Shown: positions 48,536 through 58,777, counted from the stretch's first letter. The stretch is 64,000 nt of DNA from an uncultured Candidatus Saccharibacteria bacterium (GCA_964372755.1 CAYJQX010000001.1:107382-171381); one strand, 5' to 3'. The notes: a model not told the origin generated them from the letters alone. Numbers and translations are program-made.

Positions 48536-50661
48536 TTTTCTATGATAAGGGGATTATTTTTTTCTATTGGTAACATACTCCATATTTCTTCAGTGATGAA
48601 GGGCATAAAAGGATGAAGCATTATCGTTAGATTTTTTAAAATATGAACATTTAACCATTTGCGGGATTTTTTTTCTTCATCACTTCCATCTTTAAAAACC
48701 GATTTTGATTCTTCTATTATTTTATCAGCAAAAGTGTGCCAGAAGTAGTGGTAGAGCTTCTCTGCTCCAAGATAAAAACGAAAATTTTCCATATCAAGAG
48801 TGACATCTTTTACTAGATTCTCAAATTTTTCCAGACTCTCTTTGTCTTTCTCTGTGATGTTTGATTCGTCATACTGGTTAATTTTCTCTTGCGTGTTTTC
48901 CAAAACAAATCGTGAGGCGTTCCAAACTTTATTGGCAAAATGTTTATAAGCTTTTATTTTATCTTCTGACAAAGCAAGAGATGTTCCTGGAGTGTTGCCC
49001 ACGATAAGACCCATGCGCAAAGCATCGGTGCCAAATTTTTCAATAAGGTCGAGAGGGTTTATGACATTGCCCTTGCTTTTGCTCATTTTCTGCCCTTTGC
49101 CATCTAAGACGAGGCCGTGGAGATAAACAGCGCGAAAGGGGACTTTTTCTGTGCGATAAAGACCCAGCATGATCATTCGCGAAACCCAAAAGAAAATAAT
49201 GTCGCCGGAGGTTTCCATTACATTTGTCGGGTAGAAATCTTTGTAGTCTTTGCTATTTGGAAAACCGAGTGTGGCAAAAGGCCATTGGCCGGAGGAAAAC
49301 CATGTGTCAAAGGTATCCGGATCGGCGTGCATTTCGCTACCGCACTCATCACATTTGTTTATTTTGTTTTCAATATCAACTACGGCGTGGTTGCATTTGT
49401 TGCAAAGTTTGGCGGGAATAGGAATACCCCAGACGATTTGGCGGGAAATGTTCCAGTCACGAATATTTTTTAGCCATTCTAAGGAAATTTTTTTGTAATA
49501 ATCTGGAATATATTGAATTTCTTCTTTTTCTATTGCCTCGATTGCTTTTTTGGCCAGTGGCGCCATTTTTATAAACCATTGGGGCATTACTCGGGGCTCT
49601 AGGATGCGGGAGCATTTGTAGCAAACAGAAACATTATGCAAGTAATCCGCGTCTATCTTTTCTATGAGATTTTTTTCCTGCATATCGGAGACTACCTTTT
49701 TTCTGGCTTCTTCTATCGACAATCCAGCATATGGTCCGCAATTTTCGTTCAATTTTCCATTTTTGTCTATTACCTCTTTCACTGCCAAATTATGTCGCAG
49801 ACCCATTTCAAAATCGTTTGGGTCGTGAGCGGGCGTTACTTTCACCACGCCGGTGCCAAATGCCATATCTACCGCTTCGTCGGCGATTACTTTTAACTTT
49901 GCTTTGCCGATAAGAGTGTCAATTTCTATTTCCTTGCCGATATAATCTTTGTAACGGGGATCGTTTGGATTAACAGCCACAGCTGTGTCGCCAAATTTTG
50001 TCTCGGGTCGAACTGTAGCCAAAACAAACGGACCATATTTCATATAATAAAGAGGATCTTTGCGTTCAATATGTTCTACCTCCAAATCGGAAAAAGCGGT
50101 TTGATGTTTGGTGCACCAATTAACAATGCGATTGCCTCTATAGACCAAGCCATCGGCGGATAATTTTTGGAAAGTGTCGTAAACTACTTTTTTAATATCG
50201 TCATCCAGCGTGAATTTTTCGCGAGACCAATCGCAAGAAGCACCGAGTTTGCGAATTTCTGATTCCATATGCACCTTGTTTTCCTTGGTGAAGGCCATAA
50301 TTTCTTTGTAGAGTTCTTTGGCGTCCACGCCAAAACGCGATCGGCCTTCTTTTTCCAACTTTTTTTCGTAAACCACTTGTGTCTCAAAACCGGCGTGGTC
50401 TGCGCCTGGAAGCCATAGTGTTTTATGGCCACGCATTCTTTTGTACCGCGTCATAATGTCTTCAACGGCAATTACCAGAGCATGGCCAGCGTGAAGATGG
50501 CCATTGGCATTTGGCGGAGGCATAATTATGGAGAAAGTTTCGCCTTGTTTCGCTTTGAGATTATCGGGGTTAAAGTAACCACTCTCCTCCCACATTTTGT
50601 AAATGACTCCCTCGGTTTCTTTCGGGCTGTATGGTTTTTTAAGTTTTTCCGGAATTTCCAT
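48523..50661 (-). CDS. valS: valine--tRNA ligase (short form lacking C-terminal coiled coil)
   Basis: class I HIGH (PPPNANGHLHAGHAL) and KMSKS; ValRS-like N-terminal alignment (TLWLPGADHAG); 712 aa. Confidence 0.7.
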   Translation of the reverse strand: MEIPEKLKKPYSPKETEGVIYKMWEESGYFNPDNLKAKQGETFSIIMPPPNANGHLHAGHALVIAVEDIMTRYKRMRGHKTLWLPGADHAGFETQVVYEKKLEKEGRSRFGVDAKELYKEIMAFTKENKVHMESEIRKLGASCDWSREKFTLDDDIKKVVYDTFQKLSADGLVYRGNRIVNWCTKHQTAFSDLEVEHIERKDPLYYMKYGPFVLATVRPETKFGDTAVAVNPNDPRYKDYIGKEIEIDTLIGKAKLKVIADEAVDMAFGTGVVKVTPAHDPNDFEMGLRHNLAVKEVIDKNGKLNENCGPYAGLSIEEARKKVVSDMQEKNLIEKIDADYLHNVSVCYKCSRILEPRVMPQWFIKMAPLAKKAIEAIEKEEIQYIPDYYKKISLEWLKNIRDWNISRQIVWGIPIPAKLCNKCNHAVVDIENKINKCDECGSEMHADPDTFDTWFSSGQWPFATLGFPNSKDYKDFYPTNVMETSGDIIFFWVSRMIMLGLYRTEKVPFRAVYLHGLVLDGKGQKMSKSKGNVINPLDLIEKFGTDALRMGLIVGNTPGTSLALSEDKIKAYKHFANKVWNASRFVLENTQEKINQYDESNITEKDKESLEKFENLVKDVTLDMENFRFYLGAEKLYHYFWHTFADKIIEESKSVFKDGSDEEKKSRKWLNVHILKNLTIMLHPFMPFITEEIWSMLPIEKNNPLIIEKWPI

Positions 50662-50717
50662 GGAGTAAATGTTACCAGATTATAAGCCATTAGACCATTT
50701 CAGCCTCATTTTATTTT

Positions 50718-51950
50718 TTATTTACTCTCTAGTCTTAGGTTGCCAACAGCCCGCAAAGAATTCATATTTTTTACATGTTCATTTCTGAAGGCTCGAAAAT
50801 AGCCTGCCGAGCCGATCATGGCGCCATTGTCGGTGGTGTAGGACAGATGTGGAATGTGGAGCGTTGTGTGTGGCGAAGATTTTAAAACAGATTCCGCAAG
50901 AGAAGTTTGTAAAAGTTTATTATTTGCCACGCCTCCTGCCAAAATTAACGATTTTGCGTTATATTCTTTTACCGCCCGAATTGTTTTTGCGACCAAAGTT
51001 TCCACTATCGCGTTTTGAAACTCATGAGCCAATTCAGGTACAAGGTCGGAAATATTTTCACTCTCTCTAACTTTTCGAATATCGCGAATCAAATAAAGCA
51101 AAGCGGTTTTTAGCCCGGAAAAAGAAAAATCATAATCTTTGCTGTGGATCATTGGACGAGGCAGAGTTAAGTCCGAAGCACTAAATTCGAAATCCGAAAC
51201 AATTTCTGAATTTTTTAAATTTTTTCGAATTTCGCTTGCCTGTCGAAGCCTTGGCGAAGGTGGGCGTTTCGAATTTCGCGCTTTTTCAGCTTCCATGGAA
51301 ATAAGCGGTCCTCCGGGGTAGCCAAGCCCCAGCATTCGCGCCGCTTTGTCAAAAGCTTCGCCAGAGGCGTCGTCCCTTGTTTCTCCGATTATTTTGTAAT
51401 CCAACCATTTTTTAATCAACACAATTTCAGTGTGTCCACCGGAAACAAGTAAGGCGATAGCGGGGAATTGCACTTTGTTTTTTGTTGTTTGAGATTTGGT
51501 ACTTCCAGTGTTTTGCCCCAACAAAACACTGGCGATATGTCCTTCCATATGATTAACAGCCACAAGAGGCTTGTCCCATTTTTTTGCCAAATCTTTGGCG
51601 AATTCAATTCCTGTCCAAAGCGCTGGCTCCAACCCCGGCCCCACTGTTACTGCGATTATATCAATATTTAAATCACTAAATTCTAAATGATTGACGTCCG
51701 ACGTCAATCCATTAAGCCTTAGAGTTTTTTTTGCGGTTTTGAGAGCTTCGTCAAGGACGAGTGGGAGGTTTTTGAGATGTTCGCGTTTGGCGAGAGTTGG
51801 GAAGATCCCGCCATATTCAGCGTGAAGATCGGCTTGTGAAGAAACGATATTGGCAAGCACGCGAAAGTTCGGTGATTCAAAACCTCCTTCGGCATCTATT
51901 ATTGCGACAGATGTTTCGTCGCAAGATGTTTCGATGGCTAATATTCGCAT
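50718..51950 (-). CDS. tsaD: tRNA N6-adenosine threonylcarbamoyltransferase TsaD (Kae1/YgjD family) with internal insertions
   Basis: MRILAIETSCDETSVAIID N-terminus; the ORF extends to 51989; contains a ~45-aa low-complexity insertion encoded by a repeat-bearing segment. Confidence 0.85.
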   Translation of the reverse strand: MRILAIETSCDETSVAIIDAEGGFESPNFRVLANIVSSQADLHAEYGGIFPTLAKREHLKNLPLVLDEALKTAKKTLRLNGLTSDVNHLEFSDLNIDIIAVTVGPGLEPALWTGIEFAKDLAKKWDKPLVAVNHMEGHIASVLLGQNTGSTKSQTTKNKVQFPAIALLVSGGHTEIVLIKKWLDYKIIGETRDDASGEAFDKAARMLGLGYPGGPLISMEAEKARNSKRPPSPRLRQASEIRKNLKNSEIVSDFEFSASDLTLPRPMIHSKDYDFSFSGLKTALLYLIRDIRKVRESENISDLVPELAHEFQNAIVETLVAKTIRAVKEYNAKSLILAGGVANNKLLQTSLAESVLKSSPHTTLHIPHLSYTTDNGAMIGSAGYFRAFRNEHVKNMNSLRAVGNLRLESK

Positions 51951-52024
51951 ATTAATAATAAGGATTATTTTTATAAAAAATTGCCACACAACTCGGTTCT
52001 ACATAAGATTGTGTGGCAATTATA

Positions 52025-52465
52025 TCAATTATTCGCTACGTCATTTCTTAAACGGTATTTCCCTTCGTAATATGGGTGTAATCCACACACCCATTTTTTT
52101 AGGTCGGAAAATTTTTTTTCAGCCTCTTCCCCAAAAAATCCATCAGGCTTTAAAAGCAGTTCACCAAAAAAGTGACAAAATGCCTCTGCATAAAATTCCG
52201 GGCAATTTCTAAAAAATAATTTTATTTCCATAATCTCATTCAAAATTCTTCTTGAGTATTTAATTGCCAATTCCTCAGCTTCTGCGTTTCTGTTCACTCC
52301 AAGAAATTTCCATTTTTCAAGAACCAATTCCGTGAAAACTGCCAAAGAATGTGTCATTAATTCGGCACGCACCCCACTTGTTATTTCTATGAAAAATGGT
52401 TTTTCTATAGTCTTGGTGGTGTTGACGTCAATGATCATCGTAAACAGTTCATGTAGATGAGACAT
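52025..52465 (-). CDS. hypothetical protein
   Basis: 146-aa ORF. Confidence 0.35.
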   Translation of the reverse strand: MSHLHELFTMIIDVNTTKTIEKPFFIEITSGVRAELMTHSLAVFTELVLEKWKFLGVNRNAEAEELAIKYSRRILNEIMEIKLFFRNCPEFYAEAFCHFFGELLLKPDGFFGEEAEKKFSDLKKWVCGLHPYYEGKYRLRNDVANN

Positions 52466-52700
52466 TATCTACCCCTTCCCTTGGCTTTATTGTTGTCTTG
52501 TTTCTGTCTGGGTATCCTCATATAAATAAACATAAAGAAGTAAAAAAAGCAAATTTTTTTAGATCGCATATAAAAAGTTTTTTATTCCCAAATAAAATTT
52601 ACTTTTTACATTTTCGGCAAAATTTGATATATTTTAGCCGTTGTTTTATAAATGAAAGTGACTTATCATACGAAGCTTTGAGCGTGGAAATGATAAATGG

Positions 52701-52772
52701 GGCCCCATCGTCTAATGGTTAGGACAGCGGGTTTTCAATCCGTTAACCGGAGTTCGACTCTCCGTGGGGTCA
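52701..52772 (+). tRNA. tRNA-Glu (anticodon TTC)
   Basis: manual fold: acceptor GGCCCCA/TGGGGTC, anticodon arm GCGGG-TTTTCAA-TCCGT, T-arm CGGAG-TTCGACT-CTCCG. Confidence 0.75.
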
Positions 52773-53067
52773 AAAAGCGTTAAAAAAATATAAACTGCTT
52801 TATATTTTTAGCTTTTTGATAGCGGACCCCGCCACGGCGGGGGAGCTGGGGTCGCGGGTACTTACATTTTTTGCGAATTTTGTGAAGCAAAAAATTTAGT
52901 AACCCGTGACCAAAAGATTAAACCATAGTTGCGAGGGGCGGGCTGCGAAAATTTTGAGTGACGACGAAAAATTATTTGTAGCCAAGAAGCGTTAATGTTC
53001 GTCAAAATTTGCTAATTTTGACATGATTTTGCCCTATCTCTATTTTTTATGATATAATCTTTATATT

Positions 53068-53781
53068 ATGGAAGAAAAAAATAAATCATTGGCAGTGCCT
53101 ATAGCCATTATTGTAGCGGGGCTTTTGATAGCAGGAACAATTCTTTATACAAATATTAAGTCGGACAAAAAAGGGGTTGAGGTAGGTGATCAGGGAAAAT
53201 TTGCTCCCGTTGATATTAAAATTCGTCCCGTGGATGAAACGGATCATCTAATAGGCGATCCGAACGCTCTAGTCAAAGTGATTGAGTATTCGGATTTTGA
53301 ATGTCCTTTTTGCAAAGTTTTCCATGGCACTATGCAAGCTATCATGCAGAGCGAACTTGGACGAAGCGGGAAAGTGGCTTGGGTTTTTAGAAATTTCCCC
53401 ATTGTTCGCCTTCATTCCAAAGCGATGGAAGAGGCGGAAGCGGCGGAGTGCGCGGGGAAAATTGGAGGCAATCTTAAATTTTGGGAGTATGCCAATAAGA
53501 TTTTTGAGATAACTCCGTCAAATAATCAACTGGACTTGGCTGAACTGCCAAAGATCGCCGAACAAATAGGGTTGGACAAGACGCAATTTCAAGCCTGTAT
53601 GAATTCCGATGAGACATTGGAGAGAATTAAGAAAGATTTGGCGGATGCGGTGGAAGGAGGGGGCGCGGGCACTCCTTGGACGGTGGTTACCACGCAAAAC
53701 GGCAAAACTTATGTCATAAACGGAGCCGAACCATATCAAACCTCTTTAAAAATTATCCAGACGGCGGTAGATTCCCAATAG
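53068..53781 (+). CDS. DsbA-family thiol:disulfide oxidoreductase, membrane-anchored
   Basis: N-terminal TM; CPFC active site in a thioredoxin fold. Confidence 0.8.
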   Translation: MEEKNKSLAVPIAIIVAGLLIAGTILYTNIKSDKKGVEVGDQGKFAPVDIKIRPVDETDHLIGDPNALVKVIEYSDFECPFCKVFHGTMQAIMQSELGRSGKVAWVFRNFPIVRLHSKAMEEAEAAECAGKIGGNLKFWEYANKIFEITPSNNQLDLAELPKIAEQIGLDKTQFQACMNSDETLERIKKDLADAVEGGGAGTPWTVVTTQNGKTYVINGAEPYQTSLKIIQTAVDSQ

Positions 53782-53808
53782 TTATTATTTAATCTAAAAA
53801 ACAAAAAC

Positions 53809-54042
53809 ATGAAAAACGTAAAAATTTACTCGACTCCAACTTGTACTTTTTGCAGGGCGGCCAAAGATTTTTTTAAAGCTAATAATGTTGAGTATACAGA
53901 AATAGACGTAGCTCAAGATGAAGAGGCGAGAAAAAATATGTTTGAAATCTCGAAGCAAATGGGGGTGCCGGTGATAGACATCGAGGGGGAAATTATTGTG
54001 GGTTTTAACAAGCCGAAACTTGTTCAAATTCTAGGCCTTTAA
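53809..54042 (+). CDS. glutaredoxin-like protein (NrdH/Grx family)
   Basis: KIYSTPTCTFC CxxC, 77 aa. Confidence 0.8.
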   Translation: MKNVKIYSTPTCTFCRAAKDFFKANNVEYTEIDVAQDEEARKNMFEISKQMGVPVIDIEGEIIVGFNKPKLVQILGL

Positions 54043-54060
54043 TTTTTTTATTTTAATTCA

Positions 54061-55041
54061 ATGTACGATTTTATCATCATCGGCGGAGGACCAGCTGGTG
54101 CTGGCGCGGCCGTTTATGCGGCTAGGAAAAAACTGAAAACTTTGCTAATTACCGAGAGTTTCGGTGGCCAATCTATAGTTTCTGACAATATAGAAAACTG
54201 GATAGGCACGGTAAAAATCTCCGGATATGATTTGGCGCAAGCCTTTGAAAACCACGTGAGGGCTTATCCTCATGACGTGGAAATAAAAATGCCTGAAAAA
54301 GCAGTAGGCATAAAAGAGGCAGAGGGAGGTTTTGAGGTGGAAACAGAAACAGGGGGAAAATACATCGGCAAAATGCTAATGATTGCTTCCGGCGGAAGAA
54401 GACGCAGGCTCGGTGTTCCTGGAGAGGATAAATATGATGGCAAAGGTGTCGCATTTTGCGCCACTTGCGACGCGCCGCTTTTTAAGGGCAAAGAAGTCAT
54501 TGTGGTGGGTTCTGGAAATTCCGCCTTGGAATCGGTAGTCGATCTTTTTCCTTATGCCTCAAAAATCACTCTTCTTATGAGAGGAGAAGAAATGAAAGGA
54601 GATCCGGCTACTCAAGAACACATTACTGAACGAGGAGATATGGTGACAATTTTGAAAAACACGGAAGTGACAGAAGTTTTCGGAGAAGATTTTGTGACCG
54701 GAGTCAAAATTAAAAATAACAAGACGGGAGAAACTGGAGAGATAAAAGCAGGGGGTCTTTTTGTAGAAATCGGTTCTGTGCCGAATTCAGAAATTGTAAA
54801 AGATCTAGTGGAATTAAATAATTTCGGTGAAATCGTCATTGACCACAAGCTTGGCACAACGTCTAAGTCTGGTATTTTTGCCGCCGGAGATGTGACAGAT
54901 GAAGTTTATAAACAAAATAATATCTCAGTAGGAAACGCGGTGATAGCGACGCTCTCAGCATACAATTATTTCTTGAAGACAAGAAAACTCGACCCTAATA
55001 CACGAATTAACTCGAATGATACTAATAGTGTTAAGTCCTAA
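54061..55041 (+). CDS. trxB: thioredoxin-disulfide reductase
   Basis: FAD GGGPAG, redox CATCD, NADPH GSGNSA motifs. Confidence 0.9.
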   Translation: MYDFIIIGGGPAGAGAAVYAARKKLKTLLITESFGGQSIVSDNIENWIGTVKISGYDLAQAFENHVRAYPHDVEIKMPEKAVGIKEAEGGFEVETETGGKYIGKMLMIASGGRRRRLGVPGEDKYDGKGVAFCATCDAPLFKGKEVIVVGSGNSALESVVDLFPYASKITLLMRGEEMKGDPATQEHITERGDMVTILKNTEVTEVFGEDFVTGVKIKNNKTGETGEIKAGGLFVEIGSVPNSEIVKDLVELNNFGEIVIDHKLGTTSKSGIFAAGDVTDEVYKQNNISVGNAVIATLSAYNYFLKTRKLDPNTRINSNDTNSVKS

Positions 55042-55129
55042 CTTCTTTTATTAGCGACATTCGCGCGTATTATTTGCGTATTGGCGTCGGGTAAAAATCA
55101 CCAAATTAATAATTAATAAAATTTTTGTT

Positions 55130-55801
55130 ATGAAATACACCCTTCCAAGTTTGCCATACGCTTATAACGCCCTCGAGCCTTATATAGACGAGGCGACGAT
55201 GACCATTCATCACACGAAGCATCACCAAGCTTATATTGATAAATTAAATGGCGCGCTCACGAAGCATCCCGAAATTGCCGAAACGCCGATTGAAGAATTA
55301 CTCAAAAATTTAGGCAGTGTGCCGGAGGATATTCGTGGGCAAATAAAAAATCATGGCGGGGGATATTTGAATCACTCGTTGTTTTGGGAAATCTTGGCGC
55401 CAGAGGGTGACGCGCAAAAAATGCCGAGTGGGGAATTGGCGGAAGCGATAAACAAATCTTTCGGCAGCTTTGACGCGTTTAAAGAGCAATTTACAAATGC
55501 TTCGTTAAATCATTTTGGCAGTGGCTGGGCATGGCTTGCCCTGAGCGAAGTCGATTTATCCCGAGCGGAGTCGAGGGGAGGGTTGAAAGTCTATAGTCTC
55601 CCTAACCAAGACAGTCCGTTGAGCCTCGCCCCGCGAAGCCTTGGCGAAGTGGGGAAAAATGACAGGCCTCTTATAGGCTTGGACGTTTGGGAGCACGCTT
55701 ATTATTTGAAATATCAAAACAAACGCGCCGATTACATCACGGCGTTTTGGAGTGTCTTGGATTGGAAGAAGGTAGGAGAACTGTATGCCGTTAATAAATG
55801 A
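55130..55801 (+). CDS. sodA: Fe/Mn superoxide dismutase with internal insertions
   Basis: HHTKHHQAY, DVWEHAYYLKYQN; ~25 extra residues between WAWL and PLIGLDVWEH encoded by repeat-like DNA. Confidence 0.9.
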   Translation: MKYTLPSLPYAYNALEPYIDEATMTIHHTKHHQAYIDKLNGALTKHPEIAETPIEELLKNLGSVPEDIRGQIKNHGGGYLNHSLFWEILAPEGDAQKMPSGELAEAINKSFGSFDAFKEQFTNASLNHFGSGWAWLALSEVDLSRAESRGGLKVYSLPNQDSPLSLAPRSLGEVGKNDRPLIGLDVWEHAYYLKYQNKRADYITAFWSVLDWKKVGELYAVNK

Positions 55802-55952
55802 AAGCCCTTCGACTTTGCTCAGGGCAACTCTTCTCCTTGGCGACCAAGTCGAAGAGTTGAACAAAACTACAAAAAGGCGTTAGGATAGCTGTAACCTAGG
55901 TATTATTTGCTTGTGGGGCCCGCCCCGCGCTTTGCCATGCCGTAGCTATCCG

Positions 55953-57590
55953 TTAGCGAAGGCTGGAAGCCTTGGCGAAGTGGGGAAAGGTGGCCGAGAG
56001 GTTGAAGGCGCGGCTCTCGAAAAGCCGTATACCGGAAACGGTATCGAGGGTTCGAATCCCTCCCTTTCCGCCAGATTGGCAACTTTGAACCTTAGTCACG
56101 GCAAGGGTTTTTGAGCCCTTGCCACCGGCTTTTGGGGGTTCGAAATTGCTAGAGTTTAAGTCCATAAGAACATCAAAGACTGGCGTCCATATCGGCGTCA
56201 GTTTTTGATTTTGTACAGTAAAGCCTTCGAAGCATAGCTTCACCAATGTACGCTTTTGATTCATACCACTGGTCTGGAATACCTTATCTGCGTGATCCGT
56301 GAAGTCGAGTATCTCATTAAACTTTTGCACGAATTTGTCAGACTTACCCTCAAGGATCGATAGACGTTCCTGATACATCTCCTTCTCCTTTAAGAGCTCG
56401 TCCTGAATCTTTATAAACACATCTGCGTCTATGATGCGTTTTGAGCGATCCACGACAATATTGCGGATCTGTTGCTGGACTCTTACCAGCTCCTGCTTGA
56501 GAGTCTTTCGTTCCTTTTCCTCCTGATTTATTCGCTCTTTGGCGAAGTGCTGGAAATAAGCGTCCAAGACCTTCTTGAACCGATCCGGTAACTGCACCCT
56601 TGAGAGATGCATTGCGACCTGTTCCTCAACTGACTCCCAACGGATGTATTTGCGTTCGGTACACTTGCGATCGTTCCAATGGGTGCATGCGTAGTAGAGA
56701 TGACCTTTTTGCGTCTGTCCGCAGAGCGTAGAACCACAGACCGCACATCGCATGAATCCGGCCATTGGATACGAATGCTTGCGAGAACGATCGGCTGAGT
56801 GATTGTGTTGTTGGATGATTTCCTGAACGTCGTCAAAAAGCTTCTTGGTGATAAGTGTTGGAAAGCTTGCCTGACACGTTGCAGATCGAGTTTTGATGAG
56901 GCCGTAATAGATCGGATTCATCAGAATGTGCTCGATCGATGTTCGCTTCACCAAATTGCCGTATTTGCTCTTAAAGCCACGCTTAGCGAGTTCCTTTGCC
57001 AGCGAAAGATAGCTGTACTTACCGGTCGCATAGAGCTCAAAAGCCATTTTAACGAATGGTGCGCGCACGGGATCAACGATGAGAGACTTTGTCTTCTTAT
57101 CGTTTAAATAGCCGGTAGGTGCGTATCCGGGGAACCTGCCACGCTCTACGGCCTCTTTAAGACCCTTCCTGACCTCCCAGCTGATGTTCTGGGACGTCCA
57201 CTGGGCAATTGAGGACATAATGTTCTCGACAAGTTCTCCGGAGAAAGACTCGTCGAATTGCTCGACCACCGAGATCAACCGGACGTCGTGCTTTTTGAGC
57301 ATCATCTTTATTGCGGCGTAATCCGCAACGTTGCGACACATGCGGTCCAACTTGTGCATCAAAATGACATCAATCTTGCCGTCAGTTTTTGCCCGGTGAA
57401 GCATTTTCTGAAGCTGTGGACGTTCGACTGTTCGAGCCGATTCACCCTTTTCCTCGTAGACACCATCCGGTGCGAGAGTCCAGTTATGATCCATGCCGTA
57501 CTTTTGGCACGCTTTGACCTGCGCTGGGATACTCAGTTCTCGTTCGGCCTGACGAGAGGTAGAGACACGTCCGTAGATTAAATAATTCAT
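55953..57590 (-). CDS. large serine recombinase (resolvase N-domain + recombinase domain + zinc ribbon)
   Basis: YGRVSTSRQ catalytic Ser region, recombinase domain, CxxC...C...C zinc ribbon; the ORF has no stop until 55953, so the C-terminal ~40 codons are antisense to tRNA-Ser. Confidence 0.85.
   Translation of the reverse strand: MNYLIYGRVSTSRQAERELSIPAQVKACQKYGMDHNWTLAPDGVYEEKGESARTVERPQLQKMLHRAKTDGKIDVILMHKLDRMCRNVADYAAIKMMLKKHDVRLISVVEQFDESFSGELVENIMSSIAQWTSQNISWEVRKGLKEAVERGRFPGYAPTGYLNDKKTKSLIVDPVRAPFVKMAFELYATGKYSYLSLAKELAKRGFKSKYGNLVKRTSIEHILMNPIYYGLIKTRSATCQASFPTLITKKLFDDVQEIIQQHNHSADRSRKHSYPMAGFMRCAVCGSTLCGQTQKGHLYYACTHWNDRKCTERKYIRWESVEEQVAMHLSRVQLPDRFKKVLDAYFQHFAKERINQEEKERKTLKQELVRVQQQIRNIVVDRSKRIIDADVFIKIQDELLKEKEMYQERLSILEGKSDKFVQKFNEILDFTDHADKVFQTSGMNQKRTLVKLCFEGFTVQNQKLTPIWTPVFDVLMDLNSSNFEPPKAGGKGSKTLAVTKVQSCQSGGKGGIRTLDTVSGIRLFESRAFNLSATFPHFAKASSLR
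55984..56073 (+). tRNA. tRNA-Ser (anticodon CGA), type II, CCA encoded
   Basis: manual fold: GGAAAGG-TG-GCC-GAGAGGTTGAA-GGC-G-CGGCT-CTCGAAA-AGCCG-long arm-GAGGG-TTCGAAT-CCCTC-CCTTTCC-G-CCA. Confidence 0.85.
56100..56123. terminator. hairpin GGCAAGGG-TTTTTGAG-CCCTTGCC downstream of tRNA-Ser
   Basis: 8-bp GC-rich stem; weak T-run. Confidence 0.4.
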
Positions 57591-57641
57591 AAATTGTTTG
57601 TTAGATAGCTTGAGGGCTCTCCGTTTGGAGAGCCCTGGCGA

Positions 57642-58367
57642 TTAATATTTTTTTACGTGGTATACCAGCCGACCTATCATCTTGCTCTCCTTGAGAGGGT
57701 AGGTCTTTTTGAAGCCTTCTCTCTCTGGCCGGAGCTCGAGGTGATCACCTCGTTCGTGGTAATAACTCATCACCAGACCGTCCGGAGTCCTTATGATCGC
57801 TATGTCGCCGTTTTTTGGAGGAACGTCGGCATCGAGAATGATGAAGTCGTCGGTGACAATGCCGGCATCTGGAAGTGTGAGATCGGATACACGAAGTCCG
57901 AATACACGATGACCGGGTACAACATTATCCTTTGGAAGCAAAACAAAATCGCTCGTTCGGCTCAAATGCCCGTCGAGATCATCAATTGGGATCGCCACAA
58001 GCACCGGCAACTTGAAATGACCGCCGTCGGTCGAAAAACTCCTCTTCAGTTCTTCCAGCCCCTGCTCGAGCTTACTTGTGGCCTCCTGAACACGCTTCTC
58101 TCCGACCTCTTTAATATCAAATTTATAATTGCTGTCCTTGCTTACCTGATGAATCTTTCCCTCTGCCCAGTGCTTTCTGACTTCCTCCTCCTGAAGCTCA
58201 TATGCCTTAGCAAGGGTCGCCAGCTGTTTCTGGGAAGGGATGCGTGTGCCGTTTTCCAGCTGGCTGATATAGCTCGATGAAAAGCCAAGCCGTTCGGCAA
58301 GCTCTTTAATACTCCATTTTTTGAATTCTCTTTGCTGTCTTAGATATGAACCAAATGACATATTCAT
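57642..58367 (-). CDS. XRE-family HTH + S24 (LexA/cI-like) peptidase domain repressor
   Basis: N-terminal WSIKELAERLGFSSSYISQLENG HTH; C-terminal S24-like beta domain. Confidence 0.75.
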   Translation of the reverse strand: MNMSFGSYLRQQREFKKWSIKELAERLGFSSSYISQLENGTRIPSQKQLATLAKAYELQEEEVRKHWAEGKIHQVSKDSNYKFDIKEVGEKRVQEATSKLEQGLEELKRSFSTDGGHFKLPVLVAIPIDDLDGHLSRTSDFVLLPKDNVVPGHRVFGLRVSDLTLPDAGIVTDDFIILDADVPPKNGDIAIIRTPDGLVMSYYHERGDHLELRPEREGFKKTYPLKESKMIGRLVYHVKKY

Positions 58368-58517
58368 AGATTTTGCTTAATCGGTTAACTGCGACCTTGT
58401 TGCCTAAATGATAGCAAATTAGTAAAGATTAAGCAACTTTGCTTATCCACAAGCCAGAATATTGACCAGTTAAGCAATTTTGCTTAATATGACTATAGAG
58501 GTCTAAAAGTTAACGAT

Positions 58518-58724
58518 ATGAACAAATCACCAGTGAATATAAAACTCCGTGACCTTCGAATCAAGAAGGGGCTAACGCAATACCAGCTAGCCCGAATTCT
58601 TGGTTTTAAGCACAACACAGCGATCAGCCGGTACGAGACCGGCCGGAAGCGGCCGAATCTCGACACAGCCCAGCGGATCGCTTTGGCTCTCGGGGTCAGA
58701 GTAGAGGAAGTTTTCTTGCCTTAG
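58518..58724 (+). CDS. XRE-family HTH protein (Cro-like), divergent from the repressor
   Basis: LTQYQLARILGFKHNTAISRYETG HTH, 68 aa. Confidence 0.75.
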   Translation: MNKSPVNIKLRDLRIKKGLTQYQLARILGFKHNTAISRYETGRKRPNLDTAQRIALALGVRVEEVFLP

Positions 58725-58777
58725 GCAAGGTGGGGTCAATAAAAGTGTGAGGTCACTTCTATGAACCAAACCACCGC

